Assembly (NCBI GenBank): GCA_965649765.1
Contig: OZ287753.1
Location: 57,846,001 to 57,910,000 of the forward strand
DNA: 64,000 bases
Source of the DNA: Bispira polyomma
Taxonomy: Eukaryota
Reading direction: 5' to 3'
Both the position numbers and the translations under genes were made by a program. This document shows, piece by piece, positions 50,345-61,120 of the stretch; the stretch's first letter is position 1; the number at the start of each line of letters is the position of its first letter. Below the pieces are notes generated by a model. That model was not told the origin of the DNA and searched no databases. It worked only from the letters and a program-made list of their open reading frames with translations.

Positions 50345-51613
50345 TTTAGAGTGTTTTATTATACTACTATATCAAGAACAGTCAAGTCAAGAAGGGTGCT
50401 CAAATTTTCTTTATTATTAATTTCACCTTGTAAAGAAGAGAATTATCTGGGGATTCATCATTTAAGTATGTAATGGTCATCATATTTAATAGATTATACC
50501 TACAGTCCCTTTCCATTATCTTTACCTGGGTGAATATTCCTGAATGTTATTAACGGGGGGGGGGGGGGGGGGGTGAACTTGGGCACTAAAACCAACAACT
50601 CAGATCTGGACACAAGCCTGTAAAACTATGTGTAAATTTATATGACACACCAATTCATGTGTTTTAATAATGTATATTAATATACGACAACCTCTTTAAA
50701 ATTTACTAACTTTCAATTTTAAAGAGTTAAAAATGCCACACATGATTCTCCAAAAAGACAAAAAGCTGTGTATATCTATTGGAGAAAATATACACATTTT
50801 TGTATGTCTATTAGTCCTTGTGGCCTAATATCTCATTAGATGTCACTTATGGTTTGATATAAGTTACTTTTTCCAGTGTACATTTGCTTGCCGTATTGCT
50901 AGACCATGTCCCTCGTGTGCCATGAGTTAATCAAAGCATCAGCAAAGACAGAAAACTCTACACTATGACAAACTGACATATATATTATCAGAATATAAGC
51001 TGTTTGTGCCGCCCATACTAGGATATGTGCACCCTTGATCAGCCCAATATGGCTTATTGGGTTTCATGTGATGTCACGCGATCGCATTTTAACAAATAGG
51101 ATCGCTGGATATGTCGCCGAGGTATAACAAATATATATATATACATATATAAAAATGCATGTCCCTAGGGATCACTAATAGCACCAACAATATGACATCT
51201 ACAGCTATATGTTTGTGACAGATGTTGTTGTTGGGTATTAAGGCAGTGAGTTGGAGGCTTTTAGCAGCTCTTGTTCTGCAGCAAGGCAAGTAAATGCTGC
51301 TGATGCCAAGAATTGAAGCCATGGGGACAGAGGTGGGTGATGAGTGTATCGCCCTTACGTCACCAAGACAGACCCGTCATATACTCGGTAGAAGGTGTTA
51401 TAGAATAAATATTTTATTAATGTTATATTTTAGTAATGCATTATTTAAGGGATTTGTTTTCTGAGAAGGAATAGTCCTGTTGGTGTCCTTCAGTTGACTA
51501 TGACATGTTCATATCATTTTTGTATTTATATCTGTATTTATACTCTTTATATCTGTCTTCATTTGGTGTTCAGAGCAATAATTAACATTTTCCTTACTGT
51601 AACAGTCAAATGC

Positions 51614-51891
51614 ATCAGTTTACTGTCATTCCCCTAACTGAAGAGAGAGGCTTGAGGATGACCATTTATCAACCTCCCCAAGGATCTTTAGCCTGCCACT
51701 GGGAATAGGACCCAATGACAGAGGACCGTCATTATAAGTGGTCATCCGAGACACTAGGCAAATGCGTGTATAGATCTTGCCCAATGATGCTATCCCACCA
51801 ATGAACCCAGTGACCACAATTACCATTATCATCCAATGACTATGGAAGTACTGGGACTCGAACTGTAGACCTTCTGTTCGTCAGACCAACT
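51614..51891 (-). mobile_element. SINE family 2 copy
   Basis: Matches 22645-22885 (CAGTTTACTGTCATTCCCCTA...AAGGATCTTTAGCCTGCCACTGGGAATAGGACCCA); B-box-like AGTTCGAGTCCC on the minus strand. Confidence 0.75.
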
Positions 51892-52567
51892 GTCCAAAAT
51901 ATTATAACAAACTCACCATGAGCTGGCTATCTTTTTAAATATAAAAAAAACCGAAAAATATGTGATATTATCATAGTTATACACACAGATTTTATAGTCG
52001 GTAATTATCCAGTGACAATATATATTAATCTGGATAGTTGAATAATCCAACAGTGAAAATAGATTCTATTGATGATTTAATTAGTGGGATTTAATTTTAG
52101 GTAAAGTTCATACTTGTTTTCACTTACATTGACACTCCCTGGTCGATACAAACACTTTTCGCATCAAATAACCAATTCTAATACATTTATGAGTAGTTCG
52201 AACATTTCCTGACAGATGAGAATTTAGCATTCTGAATGATGACACATAAATTTCTTATATACCTCCTATGACATAAAACCAATGTTAGTCTTAAATGTTT
52301 GTATAATGCATGTGATGTGGTGCAACTCAATAGTTATTGCTAGAATAAAATATAAGCAAATCTCTCAGTTTTGCTAGCATTATGCCATAGTATCAATATT
52401 GTATTAACCTTAGCCTCAGCAGCAACACAGATGACACATACTGAGTTTGTATTTTCCGAAGATACTCAGGTTCTGGTAAAGAGTACTCTTATTTATACAG
52501 TATACAGTGTACTTAGAAATATCCTACACTTGTAACCATTCGTTTAATTAGAGCTTTGAGCACTGAA

Positions 52568-52636
52568 TTCAAACTATGCATTCAAATATGCATTCAAAAT
52601 ATGCATTCAAATATGGATTCAAATATGCATTCAAAT
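52568..52636 (+). repeat. 12-bp minisatellite (AAATATGCATTC) x ~5
   Basis: Direct read. Confidence 0.85.
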
Positions 52637-52659
52637 TTTACATATGTGTACTCTGACCA

Positions 52660-52983
52660 GGGCCCGTATTCACTAAAGTTCTTATACTAAGAAAAATTCT
52701 TATACTTAGAATAAGAATTATTCTTATACTTAGGAATTGTGAAAAGCAATACGTAAGAATGCCAGGGGTCGTATTCACTAAAGTTCTTATAATTATAATA
52801 AGAATGTTTGGTATCACTGAAGTTCTTTTACTTAGAATAATTCTTATACTTAGAATTATTCTTAAAAAAATTCTTGCACTTAGAATTTTTGCTTATTCTT
52901 AGAAAATTTTCTAAGAATGAGCTATGACTCTAAGAATAGTCAGCAAAAATTCTAAGTATAAGAACTTTAGTGAATATCAGGCC
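52660..52983. mobile_element. Fold-back MITE with a doubled left end
   Basis: TATTCACTAAAGTTCTTATA at 52667 and again at 52772; inverted TATAAGAACTTTAGTGAATA at ~52957-52976. Confidence 0.8.
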
Positions 52984-52995
52984 AAGTAGGGATAG

Positions 52996-53078
52996 GTCAA
53001 CGGGATTCGAACTCAGAGGTGAGAGACCAGTGATTGTGAAGCGCAATGCTTGCTCACCACTAGGCCACCGCGGCCCCC
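52996..53078 (-). mobile_element. SINE family 1 head fragment
   Basis: Reverse complement of GGGGGCCGCGGTGGCCTAGTGG...GAGTTCGAATCCCGTTGA; body missing. Confidence 0.85.
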
Positions 53079-55689
53079 CGTCTGACTTTGAGATTAAGAT
53101 GTATAGAGCATACAGTCCATGGTAACATTGTGTGTAACCAGGAATATACTTGATCTGTACATCCTTCGAGATGTCAATAACATTATACTGAGGAGAGGTT
53201 GTTGCCTCCTTGATCATGTGGTTCTTATTGAATTAGTTCAGTGCAGAAGGTACTTTAATTTTTGCCTTTTGGTCCTCTATACATACATGTAAACTTAAGT
53301 TACGGCCACAAAACTTGTATATATCAAAAGTCAAGCACTCTAACTCTGATTCACCTCAAACGAAGGCTATCTCGAAGTCCTTGTGCATGGAATAAAACTG
53401 TACTTGTGACCAGTCATTTTAATAAAGGTTTTAGCGCTGAATTCAAATATGTAGTTGGATTTTTTTTTGTAACTCCCCTATAGCCAGATATATGGGGACT
53501 TCAGATTTGAACTTAAGTGTGAGATGAGCTTGAGATCATTCAAGAATATGGATAATGGTCCATCAGCTCTCCTGTTTGCAAAGTGAAGGTCAGAAGTCAA
53601 TAAGTTTGAAGTTGGTAAAGCAAGATTATGGCGACCTTAAAGTCGTGCCAAGGAGGTAACCTTAAAGTCAAATGTCTTTGAACTAATAGTTTGATGTTTG
53701 TTTTATATACATTTATATATATATTTATATATGTTAGTTTGTATATGTACAGGATATATTAAAAGTTGCAAAAGTTTAAAATTATCATTATTATTATTAT
53801 TATAAATTTTTAACGAGCTTTATTAATGCTAGGCATCTTCTATAGCGCAACAGCAGAATACCCAACATGAGTAACACTCATAAACATCATACAAGGACTA
53901 GCCAATAATAATCCACACCAGGATTAAACTGTACAAAATTAAAGTTTTAACAGTGGATAGTAGTTACAACTATCACTAAAACATATGCCAATTACAGCAT
54001 CAACAATATCTTTTTAGAGCTAACAACTCTTTGCCTTTCTTCTACCCATTCAATACGTATAGTTTTAAAATACAATATACTGATAGAACCAATACAATTT
54101 TTACACAGTTAAATAATGTTATGTCGACCATAACCGCCTACAAGCCTTGTGTCTTTCTTTCATGTTAACATTCATAATTGTTCCTATATTTTAATCATCA
54201 TTACCCTACGACTGGTACGCTTTCAACTTATCAAGTTATCTGCCTAACTAGAACCTGAGACCAATGGCTCATATTGCCTAGCAGTGGTAAGTCCAGCCTC
54301 TCAGCACCCTTATTCCACCCTGGCTCGAATACACACGGGGATTAGGAAATAATGTGTAAATTCATTATATTTCAATAATATCTCTTAAAATAGCTGTGAT
54401 TTAAGGGGAGGAGGCGGGAAAATTATTCCTTGATGTTGGCTAGTGTAAAATCGAATTCAATTTTGAAGCATACACATTTTGGAGGGAAAAAGTTGGGGTA
54501 AGGGTCCCTTATTCGCAAATAATGAAAGAGAACCCATTGAGCAGTAAAACTCTGTGTAAAACTCTGTGTAGGCTTGCATTAGCTTGTAGAATCTCGGTGT
54601 AAGCTCATTATAAATGCCAAGTTTGCAAAATGTCGGTGTGGCAGGTGGTACCACAAAGTCTTGTAACTTGTCTTGTTTCAGCTTTTCCATCTGGGCAAAA
54701 TATAACACCTGAAAAACTTGTTTAGATAAGTTTTACAGACAGAAATACACGGAAACAATTGATTGCACGCACGGAAAACATATACAAGTGACAAGGAAAT
54801 ACTCAGAAACACAGCTGGCTGTAGAAGGTTTGAGAAGGAGATTGAAGGTAGGGGACGTTATGGATTGGCTTCCTGGAACAAGGTGATTTTTGTAACTTTT
54901 TTACCTCTGCATACTGCCATAGTGTGAACACCACTCAACTCCTGCTGAGCCTATGCAGGACTTGTACAACAATTTTTAGCTCAAGTAAATGGAGTTCAAC
55001 AATAGTTGTAAATCATGCTTTGTCAGGTAAATGTGGCATCACTCTTGAACCTGCAATATTTATAGATAACCGCCATTAAAGACAACAAAAGGGGGCATGG
55101 CCTCTAGGATTTATACCAGGTAGAACAAATTCTAGACCATTAGATAGACTATTTTGAAAGCCAGAGTTTTCTATCTGATGAAAACTGTGGCATCTACTTT
55201 AAATTTCAAAAGTGCTGTCTTTCAATTAAAATCATTGATTTATGGCAATACTTAACCAATGTATTTGATGTAAAGTTTAATATATTTTGTTACATTATTA
55301 CTAATTTAAGGCAAATTTTTAAGGTAATTACAACAAATTTTATGACAAATTATTTGGTGCAAATAAATGTCACATCCTAGAATGTCAATACTGTATTACA
55401 AATACAACACTTGAACCATTTCTAGATGATAGAGTATTTTAAGATTGTGAAAAGACAAACCACAATATTTAGATTAACATTACTGGTCTTTCTCTGTACC
55501 TAGTGTACAAAAACAATTGCCACGTAGATTTGATTGTCTGAGGTTTATATATGACTATTTTATAAAATAATAAATACTATTTTGTTGCATTTGAACAAAC
55601 AATTCAGATTTCTATGAAGGCAATTACACCATCACTCCTTTAAATTGCTTTTGCATATTACTTTATGCCAATTAAGTTTAGAAATGCTT

Positions 55690-58600
55690 TTTCACCTGAC
55701 TTTGGTCATGGCATGTACACATTCCAATATACATATTCCAATGTCTAACATATCAAATAACAAGTTTCAAAGTATAGAGAAGGTACATTTAAAAACAATG
55801 AAATAACTATGCTCATCCAAGCTCTGTAAAAGATATTTTTACTCAAAAATGTATGTTCATAATATAAAGTTTGTGATACAAATCATGCCATACAGTTTGA
55901 ATATGCATAGACTATAACAGTTTTTGAATAAAATGTTTTAAACTAGTAACATGTACATGTGTGTAGTGAGGGATTGTATTACCTGATACATACAAGTCAT
56001 TCAGTTTATGACTGCACAACACCCATATTTCCGTGACACTATCAGGAACTGGGTCTTGTTTATATCAGATAGTCTAATAACCACAACACACAGCCCACCA
56101 GTAAACCATCAAGTGTACAAAGGTACCAGAACCTTTCTTTATCAGCAAAATCTTACCTTGTATACATTGTTTTGTTTTTTATTTGTTCAACAGAATCAAA
56201 GATTTATTGTATACTATGTGTTTAATAAATCTAGCAAAATGCCAGTTATACTGATATATTTGAAAAAGGTATATTCTACACATGATCATAATTCTATACC
56301 TCGGCATGTAAATTGCTTTGCAGAAACAACACCTTTAAGTTAAGCAGTTTTAAGCAAATATGCAATCTATGTTGTTGTTGGGAACCTCAACATGCTGCAG
56401 CATTCTTTCTTGTATATTTTCGGACAGACCAGAGAATTACTTCAACACTAACCTTTTAATATCAACACAGACTGATGATGTATACCTCGCAGCTAATGTA
56501 ACTACTTGTGATAAATAAACAAAAAAACCTCTCAGTTACATCACTTGGAATTGGTTTTTGTTTACCTTTCCCTATTTCTATGCTTTTATCTTAGGTTACC
56601 TTAAGCTTGCTTGTTTGCTTGCTTTTTGTAACATTATCCTTTGTCAGACTCAAGTTCATATTTCAATGATAAAACAATCATTATATGCTGTTGTATTGAA
56701 GCTCCTCACTTTCTATGACATCTACTAAAGATATTAGGTTGGAGAAAAGGTTATCCTAACTAGAATATGTCTAGCCTTGCTTAAAACATATGTTGGTGAG
56801 AAACCCTCATTCATTTTGAAAATAATTATGAATAAATATGTATAACAAATTCCTTAAAACATAGCTTATTTTCCTATCTTGACCATTAAGGAAAGACACT
56901 GTAACTCATTTGAGTATATTGTTTGACTTAAATGAATACATATTACAAATTGGTTCCAAAATTGAATGAGCTTTGCTGAAAAACATGGAGCTTCAGGCAA
57001 AGCTTGAGTAGGTTATATTTATGGTAAAATAGTATTGTGATAAATTAATCATACCTTACAGTATATTATTATTTATTACTATTTGTACTGTAAACCTACA
57101 GCAAGTACCTGGGAAACTTTTTCACATGAGGAAAGGGTGGGAGTTGAACCCACTGTCCTCAGAGGTGAGATGCCAGTGACGTTAAATAATATTTAATAAT
57201 CGCAATTTTTTTTTGTATTGTTCTTACCCCACTTCTTTTGCAAAGAAGACTCTGTCTGAGATGTAATCTTGCATCATAATCCTCATTAGATGTACTCCTA
57301 CTACCACTTTGGAAAGGTTCTTTTTTTCATAGAATATATACTATCTACAGTTATTTATGTTGTGCATAACCTTTACCATAAATTGGATGAATCATTCTGA
57401 ATATATATGCTGTAAACCAAAAGCACCTTAAAAACGTATGGCTAACTTATATAATGCAGTAGATGTATATGTCACAGGCCAAATTAAAATCCAGGCGGAT
57501 ATAAATAGTTACTTATTCTTGTTTAAGGCTCTAGTTTTGCTAATACTAAACAGCATTATCTAAATGTACATCTAAATAACATATTAAACCTTTGTAACTC
57601 TACTACCCTTGTCCACAACAGCTATATGCTGCCAAGGCTAAGATTTATCTTCAGATAGTTGTATGAGCAGGTTATGCTTTTAAAATTATACATATTTGAG
57701 ACTTTGTAAATTTAGTGAGTCTGTCTCACAAACTTGGGCCTTAGACAGGGCTAAGAGTGAGTATAATAAAGAACATGCCTGACACAACACTATACTATAA
57801 GAAATATCCCTAGCGGTCAGAAAGCTTTAAAGCTCTTATGTCTATTCACATAGTCTTGCCCAAGGCTAAATAATTGTCTACAGAAAACCTGACTGTAGGT
57901 GTAAATTTTCATTAAGCCAATATGTTACTAAGGCACTACTAAAAAAGGGGTGTCAAGTTTGCTAAGTTACGAGTATGGTAAACTATTTGGCCATCTGGGA
58001 ACAAATTTTATGGACATATTTAAAATATAAAACGCACATTTTAGCACACAGAAAACAAATGCTTTAAAAACCTACAGGGCTGCGAAAAACACACAGTTGG
58101 TATTTAAAATTTAAAAGCCAGTGTAAGACTTGCCTTGGCTGTACTGGATTTTATGTTACATCAACCCCACTCTACTCTGAAAACCCCCAGACAAGAAAGT
58201 GTCACATTAGTGGATAATGGCACTTGCCATTAATTCAAGCAGATACTTCACACCACTAATTGTATCTCCTGTGGTTTTGCTGGAGATGGCCATATGGTTG
58301 TATGTACTTCATTTAAGGAAACACTTTGGTAGTGAGTTATCTAAATCTGTGCAACTACAACAAAGTAAAAAAATAAAGCTTCTTACAAAATACCAGCATT
58401 GCGTAGAGATATCAGGGGTTGAGTCACTACACGAGATGTGGTATTGGAATTCTTTGACCTTTATCAACCATATTAAAATCACTTTCCGCCCAGATAGCCA
58501 ACTCTTGATAACCTCTTTTCTGAAGAGATTACTTGTGTAGTTAATTCTCCTTTGGAAGCAGTTCTACTTAAGCTTCTTTAACATTTTAGTGATACACTTT

Positions 58601-61120
58601 AGCTAAAGGGGTTGGATGGCTTCTGTGGTTAAATAGAAATACCTCCATTGCTAATAACCTGTGTTTCAACCTTGATTTATAATTTATTAGCCTAAAAGAA
58701 GCTAATTGATATATAGAATGTTTTTAATTTTTAGTAAACTTCAGTAAACTCACCCCCCTCCCCGCCACCCCCAATAAAAAAAAAAAAATAACCGTATATA
58801 GTTCGAAAGTACGCATAATTTCCATTCCTCCCATGGTGTTTCAGGCAGGCATTGCATTACTACATGGACTTCAAAAGTTGAGAAATACATTGCTTTAGCA
58901 ACTCCATATATTTTCCTGTATTGATACTCTAGCTGCTTGGCTGTAAGTTTATATTGTACACTGTGCCCTTGGTGCAGACATTCTATCCCTCCCACGGGAT
59001 TCCAGAACCAGCTCACAGATTTCACCTTCACTTATCGCAGACTTTGATTTGATATTAAGGATGGAGTACTCATCTGGGAAATACTCTTGAACCCTGTCAA
59101 GTGCCAGCTCAGTCCTAAGACTTAAGATAAGGCTTTATTATAATGGGGGAAAGGGTAATTCTTCTCACAGCAAACAACTGTACCAGTATTTGTGATATGA
59201 TATGGCAACAGAATATATGAATAAAAGATATTGCATTGATAAAACTTGTGTCAAAATGATATGTCAAACAGTGCTATGTAATACAAAATACACAACTTTT
59301 ATTCACAGTTTATGCCAAATTGTACTTAAATAGAGAAAGAGCAAAAGTCATTCCTTTCCTGATATGGTATAATTGGATATCATATCAGTGGACATCAGAT
59401 AATTTAATCAGATAGAATAATGCATATCAAATCCTTTTTTTTCTGAGCACGTTCTAGCTAATCAATGACTGCAAAAAAAAAAACTTGTTAGTATATATAT
59501 TACCACCTAACTAGAAATACAGATATTGCTACATTCACCAAAGATGTTAGATTTGGGTGTGTTTAGTTTGGATTTAAGGTTGCTTTAAATCAAGAAGGGC
59601 AGTTCACTGATGGAGGAAATCATAATAAGGTAGTTTGGTATCCGTTTTCGTCTCTGCAAACCCACCAGCCTTTAGCTGGTCTCTTGCAAAATTTCTCACC
59701 TGCACGCCAGAGCTGAGAGTCAAACTCATAATGGCACTACCATGGCCCCCTGTTTTTGCCTGCGTTCATTGGTTTGTTTGTTTTGTCACCAAGATTACAC
59801 AATAACTGCTGAATCAATGTTTCGGAGCAGACATTCTGGTAGAAGGGAAGATCCGAGACTGTTTTGGGTTTTCTTAAACTTTTGTGACTCACTGGTGCCT
59901 TGATGGAGGTATTCACGCTACTAAAATGTCCTCATGGTTAATATATCTCATAAGCCACAAGTGACTGGCTGGGTCTAGCATTTTGTTAATTGTATTATGT
60001 GTTTATATTTACCAGGTGAGAGTATAATAAAAATATATTTATCTATCCATCTACCATCATATACAAATAAATGCAAACAGTAAAAATAAACTATGTAAAT
60101 TCTAGTGATGCCTTTAAATATACATCATGTTATAAAATGGATAAAGTAAAGATATATTATAAACTAAAACTACATATATTGCACTAGTATATTGCTAAGG
60201 ATAACTAAATGTGGTATCTGCTTTATAGCAGCAATAAGTACAAAGCTTGTCCATACAATTCCTTAAACGTAGCTTCTGCAGACAGATTCATCTCATCCTT
60301 GATGTGATAGTGAATCTATTGACTTCCCCTGTGGCTAGTTCATTCATATCTTACGGCAGATATGTCCACATCTTATCGTCAATGACCCTAGGCTGATGTG
60401 ATTATAATGTAAACCAATAAATCTTTTATGTACTTGAATAGTCTATCTTTTTATTGTACAACTTTTTTTATAAAAGACATTTTGGAACTGTAGAAATGAT
60501 TCTCTATGTTTGGCTATCATCGCTAACTGTCAAAAAAAACATTGCCAGTACTAATGCCATGCTACCAGGGGATTGAGTATACTAGTAAAAGTACTGGAGC
60601 CGGCATTAGCTAGGTGTTTATCGCTAATATCAATCACTTGTGTACTTACATGTGCTGGAGTAAGTTAAAAAAAATAATCAGTCATTATTATACTGATAAC
60701 TACACTTTTGTTTTTTTTATTCGTATAAGATCAGTAGTCATCCTATATTATTAGACCCACAGTTTTCTTCAAATATTAATAAAAGTGAGGAAATATCTAC
60801 AGCATAACATATCTCACTGCCTAGCAACTGTTTGCAAATCAATGCATCATCAGAAAAGTGTGCACAATTGCACACACTCACAACAGCACCTAGATGTAAA
60901 GTAAGTGGTGCTCAAATTGCATGTACTAGAGCAGAATATTGTGCAATAGAAGCTTCAAATAAAACCAGATATACATTCTCACATTCACTTGGCTGATGAA
61001 TTTGCAAATGGCCCTGACAGAAAGTCTAGGTATTGAGTACACGGCAACACAATTCATTAGATCAGGGGGGAATAGCCATTAGCACATTGTATAAAAAGGC
61101 AGTACATGAGAATCTGTATA
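55690..61120 (+). repeat. Tandem segmental duplication 3, copy 1 (~5.4-kb period)
   Basis: 55691 TTCACCTGACTTTGGTCATGGCATGTACA = 61122. Colinear and highly similar through 58517 = 64000. The partner of 58518-61120 would lie beyond the window (inferred). Confidence 0.85.

Larger units (their letters stand above)
43320..51300 (+). repeat. Tandem segmental duplication 2, unit 2, interrupted by an inverted fragment at ~46600-48640
   Basis: 43320-46590 is colinear with 36740-40550; 48650-51300 is colinear with 40960-43030. Confidence 0.85.

Noticed and set aside
56470-61060. CTGATGA hammerhead-ribozyme cores (56472, 61033)
   Set aside because: No compatible GAAA and helix arrangement could be found by eye.
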